Positions 27,503-36,442 of a stretch of 64,000 nt of DNA are shown here, piece after piece. Source of the stretch: Sphaerochaetaceae bacterium (GTDB lineage: Bacteria; Spirochaetota; Spirochaetia; Sphaerochaetales; Sphaerochaetaceae); NCBI GenBank assembly GCA_963677635.2, contig CAXXXN010000002.1, positions 4,724 through 68,723 on the forward strand, given 5' to 3'. Numbering within the stretch: the stretch's first letter is position 1; each line of letters opens with the position of its first letter. A model generated the notes under the pieces. It saw nothing but the letters and a program-made list of their open reading frames with translations. It ran no database searches and was not told where the DNA came from. The translations under genes and the position numbers were made by a program.

Positions 27503-28378
27503 ATGGATTATTTTTTTAATCAACTGATAAATGGTTTATGTCAGGGAGCTATATATGCACTAATGGCTGTCGGTTATTCTGTTGTAGTTGGTGTTGTTGG
27601 AATGGTTACCTTCACTCATGGTGAAGTTATGATCATGGGAGCTTTTGCAGCATATTATGCTTTCTTATATTGTGGAACAAATTTACTTTTAGGCTTTATT
27701 GTTGCTTTTAGTGCTTCATGGATAATGGGAATTTTAGTTTATAAGGTTTGTTATGAACACTTTTTTAATGCGCCAAGACATATTTCGTTATTATGTACAA
27801 TTGGTTTCTCAATGCTTGTTAAGAATTTAGCTCAAATCATATTTGGACCGAATCAAGTTCCAATGTTAAATATTGTTAATATCAAATTTTATCATATCGG
27901 GCCTGTCCAAATTTCATCATTACAATTATTAATTATTTTCTTAGTAATTGGGTTATCCGTAGCACTTAGCTATGTTTTTAATCATACAAAGTTTGGTGTA
28001 ATGCTTAGAGCAGTTAGTCAAGATAAAACAGCAGCTTATATGGTTGGAATTAATGTTAAAAAAATTGCACGTTTAGGTAACTGTGTTGGTTGTGGGCTTG
28101 GAGGAATAGCTGGTTTACTTATTTGTATTTATTATCAAGTTGTTCAAGCAACTATGGGTGGTGCTTTAGGGATGAAGGCTTTCTCTGCTTCTGTATTAGG
28201 TGGACTAACTGATGTAAGGTTCTCAGCTTTAGGTGGTCTTTGTATTGGTATTGTTGAAAATCTTGGTATTACAGTTACTTCTGCTAGTTATAGAGATGTA
28301 TTTGCATTTGGATTTTTAATTTTAGTTTTAATTTTTAAACCAACAGGATTTGTAACAAAGAGGAGTACAAAAGTATAA
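27503..28378 (+). CDS. Branched-chain amino-acid-type ABC permease (LivH-like)
   Basis: The N-terminus (FFNQLINGLCQGAIYALMAVGYSVV) is typical of the LivH family. Confidence 0.85.
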   Translation: MDYFFNQLINGLCQGAIYALMAVGYSVVVGVVGMVTFTHGEVMIMGAFAAYYAFLYCGTNLLLGFIVAFSASWIMGILVYKVCYEHFFNAPRHISLLCTIGFSMLVKNLAQIIFGPNQVPMLNIVNIKFYHIGPVQISSLQLLIIFLVIGLSVALSYVFNHTKFGVMLRAVSQDKTAAYMVGINVKKIARLGNCVGCGLGGIAGLLICIYYQVVQATMGGALGMKAFSASVLGGLTDVRFSALGGLCIGIVENLGITVTSASYRDVFAFGFLILVLIFKPTGFVTKRSTKV

Positions 28379-29433
28379 TGAATAAAACTATTACTTTATT
28401 AAAAAATACAAAGGCTTCATTACAAAAGAAATATGAATCAAATAAAATTTTGTGGCAACTTATTTTAATTGTTATTCTAGCTTTAATTCCATTGACAACT
28501 AGTCGTGGTTATCTAATGGGCGTTTTATGCAGAATATTATTGTATTCTACAATTTCTGGGGCTTTAAATATTATTAATGGCTATACAGGTCAAACTTGTT
28601 TAGGTATTGCTGGGTTCTTTTGCATAGGTTGTTATACTGAAGCTGTATTGGCAACACAATATGGATTAAACTTTTGGTATTGTATTCCTATTGCTGGTAT
28701 TTTTGCTGCAATAATTGGATTATTAGTAGCATTACCTACTTTAAAAATGGGTGGAATTTATTTAGCAATTGTAACTTTAGGTTTCTCTGAAATTGTAAGA
28801 TTGCTTGCTTTAAATTTAACTTCTGTTACTGGAGGCGCTTTAGGAATTAAAAATATTCCAGTACCTCAAATATTTGGATTTGTTTTTAAGAATTCTCAAT
28901 CTTATTACTATTTATTCTTAGTATTAGCTATTGTTTTTATAATTATAACAAAACGAGTAATTAACAGTAAATTAGGAAGAGCTTGGATGTCTATAAGAGA
29001 AGATCAATTAGCAGCTCAAAGTTTAGGTGTTAATGCATCTTTCTATAAAGCAACAAACTTTATGTATGGTGCTTTCTGGGTTGGTGTTGCTGGTTCTGTT
29101 TATGCTCCATATGTTAGATTCATTGATTCAACATATTTTACTCTAGATGAAGGTTGGAATATTTTATCAATGGTAATTCTTGGTGGACAAGGTACATTAA
29201 TTGGACCAATTGTCGGTTCTGTTATTGTTAACTTCTTAACCGAAGTATTACGTCCTATTGGACAATGGCGTTTAGTTGGATTTGCATTATTAATTATTAT
29301 TATGATGTGGAGAAGACCTCAAGGTTTAGCTGGTGCTTCCGATAGTAAGTTAGCAGGACAAACTAATGAAAAGAAAACATTGAAGAAAAATCTTTCTAAA
29401 TTAATGGAAGAGGAGAAGAAAAATGGAAAATAA
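28378..29433 (+). CDS. Branched-chain amino-acid-type ABC permease (LivM-like)
   Basis: Polytopic protein containing GQTCLGIAGFFCIGCYT. ATGA-type junction with the previous gene. Confidence 0.85.
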   Translation: MNKTITLLKNTKASLQKKYESNKILWQLILIVILALIPLTTSRGYLMGVLCRILLYSTISGALNIINGYTGQTCLGIAGFFCIGCYTEAVLATQYGLNFWYCIPIAGIFAAIIGLLVALPTLKMGGIYLAIVTLGFSEIVRLLALNLTSVTGGALGIKNIPVPQIFGFVFKNSQSYYYLFLVLAIVFIIITKRVINSKLGRAWMSIREDQLAAQSLGVNASFYKATNFMYGAFWVGVAGSVYAPYVRFIDSTYFTLDEGWNILSMVILGGQGTLIGPIVGSVIVNFLTEVLRPIGQWRLVGFALLIIIMMWRRPQGLAGASDSKLAGQTNEKKTLKKNLSKLMEEEKKNGK

Positions 29434-30220
29434 AGTAATCCTCAAAACTGAAGATATATGTATGTATTTCGGAGGTCTCCACGCTGTAGAAAATGTTAAT
29501 ATGGAAATATATGAAGGTGATATTTTTGGAATCATTGGCCCTAATGGTGCTGGGAAAACAACTTTTTTTAATTCTTGTACTGGCTTTAATAAACCAACTA
29601 AAGGTAAAGTTTTTCTTAATGGTGAAAATATTGTTAATTTGAAACCAGAAATAGTTGCAAGTCATGGAATGGCAAGAACTTTCCAAAATATTAAATTGTT
29701 TAAGTATATGAGTGTTTTAGATAATATAAAAATTGGATTTCATATGAGTTTAAAATCTCATATTTGGGATTCTATTTTACATACTAAAACATATAAAGAG
29801 GATGAAGCTTTTACTATAAAGAAAGGTAAAGAAATCTTAGATTTATTAGAATTAACAAAATATACAGAAACTAAAGCTGGAAATCTTCCATATGGTGTTC
29901 AAAGAAAAGTTGAAATAGCTAGAGCCTTAGCTCTTGATCCCAAAATATTACTTCTTGATGAACCCGCTGCTGGTATGAACCCAAATGAAACTATGGAATT
30001 ATCAAAGTTTATTAAAAAAATAAATAATCTTGGTTATACAATTGCTGTAATTGAGCATGATATGAAGTTTGTTATGGGAACTTGTAACAGAATAATGGTT
30101 TTAAATTTTGGTCAAAAAATATGTGAAGGAGATCCTAGCATAATTAAATCAAATCAAAAGGTTCATGAAGCCTATTTTGGTAAAGGAACTTTAGGAGGAG
30201 TAGATCATGCCACTACTTAA
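29423..30220 (+). CDS. ABC transporter ATP-binding protein (LivG-like)
   Basis: Walker A GPNGAGKTT, signature region, and Walker B LLLDEPAAGMNP. Confidence 0.9.
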   Translation: MENKVILKTEDICMYFGGLHAVENVNMEIYEGDIFGIIGPNGAGKTTFFNSCTGFNKPTKGKVFLNGENIVNLKPEIVASHGMARTFQNIKLFKYMSVLDNIKIGFHMSLKSHIWDSILHTKTYKEDEAFTIKKGKEILDLLELTKYTETKAGNLPYGVQRKVEIARALALDPKILLLDEPAAGMNPNETMELSKFIKKINNLGYTIAVIEHDMKFVMGTCNRIMVLNFGQKICEGDPSIIKSNQKVHEAYFGKGTLGGVDHATT

Positions 30221-30923
30221 TATAGAAAATTTAAGCGTTAATTATGGTTATATTTCAGCTATTAGAGGTGAAAATTTATATGTTGATAAAGGTGAAATTG
30301 TTACTTTAATTGGTGGTAATGGTGCTGGGAAAACAAGTACCTTAATGTCTATTTCAAATTTAGTACCAAAATTACAAGGTAAAATCACATTTAAAGATAT
30401 AGATATAACAAATCTTAATCCTGATAAAATTGTAAAATTAGGTTTAGCACATGTCCCTGAAGGAAGAAAAATCTTTCCTGATATGAGTGTGTATGAAAAT
30501 CTAGTTGCAGGCTCTATTGGTAACTCAAAAGTTAAGAAGGATAAGTTTAAAGAATTAATTGAAATGAATTATACTTTGTTCCCTCGCCTTAAAGAGAGAG
30601 CGAATCAAGCAGGTGGATCTTTATCTGGAGGAGAACAACAAATGCTTGCAATAGCAAGAGGCTTGATGATGGATCCAGAGTTATTAATGCTTGATGAACC
30701 ATCACTAGGTTTAGCTCCAATTATTGTTGAAGAAATATTTGAATTATTACTTAGGATTAAGAATATTGGTACAACCATTTTATTAATAGAGCAAAATGCT
30801 TCAATGGCTCTTTCTATAGCAGATAGAGGTTATGTATTAGAAACTGGAAATATAATATTAGAAGATGAAGGTAAAAAACTATTAAATAATGAAGAAGTTA
30901 TAAAGGCTTATTTAGGAGGCTAA
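30207..30923 (+). CDS. ABC transporter ATP-binding protein (LivF-like)
   Basis: Walker A GGNGAGKTS, signature LSGGEQQM, and Walker B LMLDEPSLGLAP. Confidence 0.9.
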   Translation: MPLLNIENLSVNYGYISAIRGENLYVDKGEIVTLIGGNGAGKTSTLMSISNLVPKLQGKITFKDIDITNLNPDKIVKLGLAHVPEGRKIFPDMSVYENLVAGSIGNSKVKKDKFKELIEMNYTLFPRLKERANQAGGSLSGGEQQMLAIARGLMMDPELLMLDEPSLGLAPIIVEEIFELLLRIKNIGTTILLIEQNASMALSIADRGYVLETGNIILEDEGKKLLNNEEVIKAYLGG

Positions 30924-30931
30924 GAAATAAC

Positions 30932-31939
30932 ATGAAAAAGATAATGAATAAAGCAGAAAATTTCGTTGATGAAGTAATGGATGGAATTATCGAAGCTTAT
31001 GGCGATAGGGTTAAATTACTTAATAATGATAAGAGAGTTCTTTTAAGTAATTATAAAAAAGTTACTGGAAAGGTTGGTATTGTAACCGCTGGGGGTAGTG
31101 GACATTTACCACTTTTCTTAGGTTATGTCGGTTCTGGTCTTCTTGATGGCTGTGCTGTTGGCAATGTTTTTGCTTCTCCTGCTGCATCTAAGATGGCAGA
31201 TATGATCAAAGCTTGTGATCAAGGTAATGGTGTAATTTGTCTTTTTGGAAATTATGGCGGGGATAAAATGAATTTTGAAATGGCCTGCGATATTGTTGAT
31301 ATGGATGATATTACAACTAGATGTATCCTAGCACGCGATGATGTTGCCTCAAGTTCAATTGAAGCAAGTGATAAAAGACGTGGGGTCGCTGGAATATTAT
31401 ATGCTTATAAAATTGCAGGAGCTGCAGCTGATAGTTTGATGAATATTGATGAGATTGTTGAAGTAACAAATAAAGCTTTGTCAAATATTAAAACTATGGG
31501 AGTAGCAACTTCTCCTTGTATTGTTCCAGAAGTTGGTAGTGCAACCTTCAAAATCAAGGATGATGAAATAGAAATTGGTATGGGGATTCATGGAGAGCCA
31601 GGTATTGATGTTAAAAAGATGATGAGTGCTAATGAAATAGCTGATACTTGTTTATCAAAAATACTTCCAGAATTAGATTTAGTAGAGGGTGATGAAGTAT
31701 CTGTAATGATAAACGGATTAGGGGCAACTCCTCTCGAAGAGCAATTTTTAGTTTATAGAAGAGTATCTGAATGTTTAAAAGAAAAAAACATTAAAATAAT
31801 TATGCCTCATATTGGTGAATTTGCAACTTCTATGGAAATGGCAGGTTTGTCAGTAACTATATTTAAGTTAGATAGTCAATTAAAAGCTCTATTAAGAGCT
31901 GATGCACAAACTCCATTTTATACATCAATTAATAAGTAA
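30932..31939 (+). CDS. dhaK: Dihydroxyacetone kinase DhaK-like subunit
   Basis: The N-terminus (MNKAENFVDEVMDGI), the TAGGSGHLP loop (canonical GGGSGHEP) and the 335-aa length fit the Dak1 domain. Confidence 0.75.
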   Translation: MKKIMNKAENFVDEVMDGIIEAYGDRVKLLNNDKRVLLSNYKKVTGKVGIVTAGGSGHLPLFLGYVGSGLLDGCAVGNVFASPAASKMADMIKACDQGNGVICLFGNYGGDKMNFEMACDIVDMDDITTRCILARDDVASSSIEASDKRRGVAGILYAYKIAGAAADSLMNIDEIVEVTNKALSNIKTMGVATSPCIVPEVGSATFKIKDDEIEIGMGIHGEPGIDVKKMMSANEIADTCLSKILPELDLVEGDEVSVMINGLGATPLEEQFLVYRRVSECLKEKNIKIIMPHIGEFATSMEMAGLSVTIFKLDSQLKALLRADAQTPFYTSINK

Positions 31940-31970
31940 ATATTGTCATCTAGAGTAAAGGAAAATAAAA

Positions 31971-32594
31971 ATGAATAACAACGATTTTAAAAAAGTTTTA
32001 ACAAAAATAGCTTTAATTATTGAAGAGAATAAAGATTATTTAATTCAATTAGATCAGCAAAATGGAGATGGAGATTTAGGAATCTCAATGACTAATGGGT
32101 TTAATAGTATCTCCAAATTAGCTAGTGAATCTGAAGTTTCTAATTTAGGAGCATTAATTATGCCTCTAGCAATTAATTTTAATGAAACTGCTCCTTCTTC
32201 CTTAGGTACAATACTATCCTTTGGATTAATGGGAATGGCAAAGCAATTAAAAGGTAAAACTGATATTAGTGTATTAGAACTAGGGGATGCTTTGGATGCT
32301 GGAATAAATAATATTATGTTAAAAGCAAAAAGCAAGCGGGGTGAAAAAACTATTTTGGATTCATTGATTCCTGCAATTGAAGTAATTAAAGATCAACATG
32401 ATAATAAAGATGTTTTTGAATTAGCATATAATGCAGCAAAAGAAGGTTCTCAGAAAACTAAAGAAATGAAATCAGTCCATGGTAGAGCAGCATATTATTC
32501 TGAGAAGAGTATTGGAACTCTTGATGGAGGTTCAGTTGTAGGTGAATTAATCTTTAAAGGTATTTATGAATGCTTGGGGAGTTCTTGTGAATAA
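31971..32594 (+). CDS. dhaL: Dihydroxyacetone kinase DhaL-like (Dak2) subunit
   Basis: LDQQNGDGDLGISM nucleotide/Mg-binding motif; 207-aa helical protein. Confidence 0.75.
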   Translation: MNNNDFKKVLTKIALIIEENKDYLIQLDQQNGDGDLGISMTNGFNSISKLASESEVSNLGALIMPLAINFNETAPSSLGTILSFGLMGMAKQLKGKTDISVLELGDALDAGINNIMLKAKSKRGEKTILDSLIPAIEVIKDQHDNKDVFELAYNAAKEGSQKTKEMKSVHGRAAYYSEKSIGTLDGGSVVGELIFKGIYECLGSSCE

Positions 32595-33873
32595 AAAAAT
32601 GTATAAGGCTTTCCTTGAGTTATTAAAAGAAGAATTGGTTCCAGCTTTAGGCTGTACTGAGCCAATTGCTATTGCTTATGCTGCTGCTAAATGCAGATCT
32701 GTTTTAGGATCTTTTCCCAAAAATATAAAAATTGGATGTAGCGGGAATATTGTAAAAAATGTTCAAGGTGTTACTGTACCAAATTCTGGTGGATTAAAAG
32801 GTATTTGTGTTGCTGCAACCTTAGGTTGTGTTGGTGGCGATGAAACTAATGTATTAGAAGTATTAAAATCAGTAGATATTAGCGATATTGAAAAAACAAG
32901 AGAATTGGTTTCAAATAAGTTTTGTGAAACTTATTTGATAGAAGATTGTGATAATTTATTTATCAAAGTTGAAGCTTATAATGGTGATGATGAAGCAGAA
33001 GTAATTCTTTCAAATACTCATACTAATATAAGTAAAATTGTGAAAAATGGTAAAATCCTATTTGAACCAAATGATTGCTCTGATGTTCAAGTAAGCAATA
33101 TTGATGATTATTTAACAGATATTAATATTAAAAATATCGTTGAGTTTGCAAATAATGTAGCCATTGATGATGTTAAGGAAATGATTAATCGTCAAATTGA
33201 ATTTAATACAGCTATATCAGAAGAAGGTTTATTAAATGATTGGGGTTTGTCCGTTGGTAAAACAATTCGAAAATATTATGACTCTAATGATGTAAGAATA
33301 AAAGCTATCTCTGCAGCTGCAGCGGGATCTGATGCTAGAATGGGTGGTTGTTCAATGCCTGTTATAATTAACAGTGGTAGTGGAAACCAAGGTATAACTA
33401 TTTCTTTGCCAATTATAGAATATGCAAAATCATATAATATTGGTGAAGAAAAATTGATAAGAGCTTTAGTTTTAGCAAATTTAATTTCAATTGAAGAAAA
33501 AAGTAAAATTGGTAGTTTAAGTGCTTATTGCGGGGCAGTTTGTGCAGGTATTGCTTCAGCAACTGGTATTGCATACCTATTTGATGGTAATGAAGAAGAT
33601 ATTTCCAATGTAATTACAAATGGTTTAGCAAATGTTGGTGGTATTGTTTGTGATGGTGCAAAACCATCTTGTGCTGCAAAAATTGCAACTGCTGTTCAAG
33701 CAGGGATTTGGGGTTATGAGATTGGAATGAAAGAGCATAAAGCTTTCAAACAAGGTGAAGGTTTAGTTAAATCAACAGCAGATAAAACAATTGCTAGTTT
33801 TGGTAGATTAGGTAAGTACGGAATGAAAACAACTGACACCGAAATACTAAACATTATGTTAGAACAAGATTAA
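32566..33873 (+). CDS. UPF0597 / L-cysteine desulfidase-like (serine dehydratase alpha-like) protein
   Basis: Hallmark N-terminal motif VPALGCTEPIAIAYAAAK plus Gly/Cys-rich segments. An alternative start at 32599 (MYKAF) is possible. Confidence 0.6.
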   Translation: MNAWGVLVNKKMYKAFLELLKEELVPALGCTEPIAIAYAAAKCRSVLGSFPKNIKIGCSGNIVKNVQGVTVPNSGGLKGICVAATLGCVGGDETNVLEVLKSVDISDIEKTRELVSNKFCETYLIEDCDNLFIKVEAYNGDDEAEVILSNTHTNISKIVKNGKILFEPNDCSDVQVSNIDDYLTDINIKNIVEFANNVAIDDVKEMINRQIEFNTAISEEGLLNDWGLSVGKTIRKYYDSNDVRIKAISAAAAGSDARMGGCSMPVIINSGSGNQGITISLPIIEYAKSYNIGEEKLIRALVLANLISIEEKSKIGSLSAYCGAVCAGIASATGIAYLFDGNEEDISNVITNGLANVGGIVCDGAKPSCAAKIATAVQAGIWGYEIGMKEHKAFKQGEGLVKSTADKTIASFGRLGKYGMKTTDTEILNIMLEQD

Positions 33874-33909
33874 AATTATTCTTCTAAATTGAACAATAGA
33901 ATTATATTT

Positions 33910-33944
33910 AGCATATAATACTTTTCAGGTATTATATGCTTTTT
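33910..33944 (+). terminator. Rho-independent terminator
   Basis: AGCATATAATAC, loop ttttcag, GTATTATATGCT, followed by TTTT. Confidence 0.65.
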
Positions 33945-34165
33945 AAATTTTTATTTCATCTAACAATATTTTATAAAAAATTAATTGTATTATTAGTATA
34001 ATTTGTTTATTATATTTTTATAAAATTGATCTATTATTTTAATTTATTATATAGAATTTCCCAATTTATAATATTATAGTATACTACCAATTGTATTTAT
34101 AATAAAAATTAGAATAATTTATAATGCAAAAAAAATATTTTTCAATTAAATTATAGGGGCTTGTT

Positions 34166-34816
34166 ATGTATATAAAAGAGATGAAAACAACATTAAAAGA
34201 AAAGATTCATGATAGTGAATATAAAGAAATCTTAAAAGGAACCTATTTAAATAATTATATTATCACAGAAAAATTCTTAATGGAAAAATACAATGTTAGT
34301 AAAGCCCCAATAAGAGATGCATTAATTCAATTATGTTCAGAAGATCTTCTCATTAGTATTCCACGCTGTGGTTACAAAATTAAAGATATTAGTAATTTTG
34401 AATTACAAGATACTCTTCAATTAAGAGTTGTTGTTGAATTAGGAGCTTTTGATTTATATAAAAATAAATTAACTGAAGAAGAATTTAATATTTTAGAAGA
34501 ACATATAGCTATAGATAAACAACTTGCAAAGGATAAAGAAGTTTACCAACATTGGTTTCATAATATGGATTTTCATCTAGTATTAGCTAAGTTTTGTAGA
34601 AATGAATTAATGGTAAAAGTTATTCAAGAAACACTAAATAAGTGTTCTCGCTACGCTTATCAATATTTCCAAACAAGTTGGACAGATCAAAAATTAACTG
34701 ATGCTTCTAGTCATGAAGAATTTATTAATTTAATGAAAGCAAAAGAATTAGATAAAGCCAAGAAATGTCTTGCTGATGATATAATGGAATTTAATAATAT
34801 TTTTTATAAAAATTAA
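34166..34816 (+). CDS. GntR family transcriptional regulator (FCD-type), paralogue of 18716..19342
   Basis: wHTH segment ITEKFLMEKYNVSKAPIRDALIQLCSEDLLISIPRCGY. Long identical blocks are shared with the other copy (LNKCSRYAYQYF, HWFHNMDFH, ELGAFDLYKN). Confidence 0.85.
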   Translation: MYIKEMKTTLKEKIHDSEYKEILKGTYLNNYIITEKFLMEKYNVSKAPIRDALIQLCSEDLLISIPRCGYKIKDISNFELQDTLQLRVVVELGAFDLYKNKLTEEEFNILEEHIAIDKQLAKDKEVYQHWFHNMDFHLVLAKFCRNELMVKVIQETLNKCSRYAYQYFQTSWTDQKLTDASSHEEFINLMKAKELDKAKKCLADDIMEFNNIFYKN

Positions 34817-34850
34817 TAAATCTTTTATTTTAACAAGTGAGATTATTAGT

Positions 34851-35570
34851 TTATTTGATGTAATTACTTTTTATGAATATGTAATAGATATAAAAAAACT
34901 GTAAAAGAAACTGCTGTTGAGAAAATTTAAGTATTAGCTTAAGATAAGTTAAAGAAAGTTTGTGACGCAAAATTTGCAACATAAAGAGCTTTGATACAAG
35001 AATTATAGATAGCAATATTCTTGAAGCTTTTTTGTTTGGAAGTTCCATCCAAACAAGAGGCCAATTAATTATTTCTTTAATACTTTTTTTGTCTAATAAA
35101 AATATTCAAAATTAGCTTTTGAGTCATCAATATATAATTCACATCCAATTTGGTTTTGTCGACTGTTTATTGTTTAACCTAAATGAGCTAGTGATGATCC
35201 AATACTTATATCATAACAATGTTGAGGTCTTTCTTTTCTAAGTTTTTAACTATATTTATTATTAGAAACTTATTCTCTAAAATTTGTCCAAAATTCAAGT
35301 TGCAATAGTTTATTATCAGTCATACTGTTTTGAGTGTTTCTTTTTTTTATAGTTTTTGTCTAATCATTTGGTTTGCAATTACTTGAAATTTTAGAGCATA
35401 TGGATAATCCCAAATTTTTCTCAAGAATTTTGGTTGATGCTATGAAGACTTATTTGCATTAGTAAATACAACTATTTTATTTGCAATATTTAGTGCAATC
35501 AATTTCCCTTAAGAAAAAATAAAAGGGGTTGCATTAGATAATTCAATTAACACCTCATCTTTTCTCTTAA
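34851..35570 (-). pseudogene. Decayed DUF4268-like gene (several stops and at least one frameshift)
   Basis: The minus-strand translation gives LQLEFWTNFRE*..RKERPQHCYDISIGSSLAHLG*TINSRQNQIGCELYIDDSKANFEYFY*. It then shifts frame to MELPNKKASRILLS (ORF 34851..35048). The pattern matches the DUF4268 C-terminal module as I remember it. Confidence 0.45.
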
Positions 35571-35588
35571 AAAAAATAAATAAAAAAC

Positions 35589-35657
35589 TTGACAGCTCAA
35601 GAAAGTGGGGTTAAAGTTCTTTTAACTGGTCATGACGACATGACGGCATGACGACAT
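35589..35657 (+). promoter_or_regulatory. Promoter followed by a GC-rich triple tandem operator-like repeat
   Basis: TTGACA (35589-35594), 17-nt spacer, TAAAGT (35612-35617). Next comes AACTGGTCATGAC and three 8-bp units ATGACGAC/ATGACGGC/ATGACGAC (35632-35655). This is upstream of the HutC-type regulator gene. Confidence 0.55.
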
Positions 35658-35685
35658 AATAGCTTAAATATTTTGAGGTGTAACA

Positions 35686-36426
35686 ATGAATCATTTTTCT
35701 GGAGCAAAGTATTCACAGGTTGGAAATTCAATTATTCAAAAAATTGAAGATGGTATTTATAAAACTGGAGAGGCAATCCCTAGTGAAAGAGAATTGATAG
35801 AACATTTTAATGTAAGCCGTATTACAATTAGAAAAGCCATTGATGAATTAGTTGCAAAAGGATTTTTAACAAAAGTTCAAGGAAAAGGGACTTATGTTAA
35901 GAGTGGAGTTCATAGACAAAATTTATTTTCATTAACAAGTTGTAAAAATGATATTGAAAAACAGGGAATGGAACCTTCTACTAAAATTATTGATTCAAGA
36001 GTAGAAGAGGTTAATGAAGAAATTGCTAAATCCTTAAATTTAGAAGATAAAGATTTAGTATTTACCTTAGAAAGAGTTTATTACGCTGATGGAATTCCTG
36101 TTAACTATACTACAACACATTTACCTTTAAAATTATTTCCAGGAATTGAAGAAATTGATTTCCACAATAAATCTCTATATGAAACTTTAGAATCAAAATA
36201 TGGGGTTAAGTTAATAGAAGCTACAAGAACAATAGAAGCTGCAATTCCAAATAATCAAATTGCTTCAGTCTTGGATTTATCACCAAATATGCCAGTTTTA
36301 TTATTTAAAGCTACAACAATAGCAGAGATCAATGGTGTTTTATGTCCTATAGAAAATTTTATCTGTAATTACAGAACAGATATGTTCAAGTTTTACATTA
36401 CTCAAGTTAATAGTCCAAATAATTAA
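35686..36426 (+). CDS. GntR family regulator, HutC subfamily (UTRA effector domain)
   Basis: wHTH segment PSERELIEHFNVSRITIRKAIDELVAKGFLTKVQGKGTYV plus a UTRA-like C-terminus. Confidence 0.85.
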   Translation: MNHFSGAKYSQVGNSIIQKIEDGIYKTGEAIPSERELIEHFNVSRITIRKAIDELVAKGFLTKVQGKGTYVKSGVHRQNLFSLTSCKNDIEKQGMEPSTKIIDSRVEEVNEEIAKSLNLEDKDLVFTLERVYYADGIPVNYTTTHLPLKLFPGIEEIDFHNKSLYETLESKYGVKLIEATRTIEAAIPNNQIASVLDLSPNMPVLLFKATTIAEINGVLCPIENFICNYRTDMFKFYITQVNSPNN

Positions 36427-36442
36427 GAAGGAGAATATAGAA

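Noticed and set aside
34851-35048. A 65-aa ORF in the track could be a stand-alone small gene.
   Set aside because: Its N-terminus (MELPNKKASRI) continues the DUF4268-like reading from a different frame upstream, and the rest is low-complexity. I treat it as part of the pseudogene.
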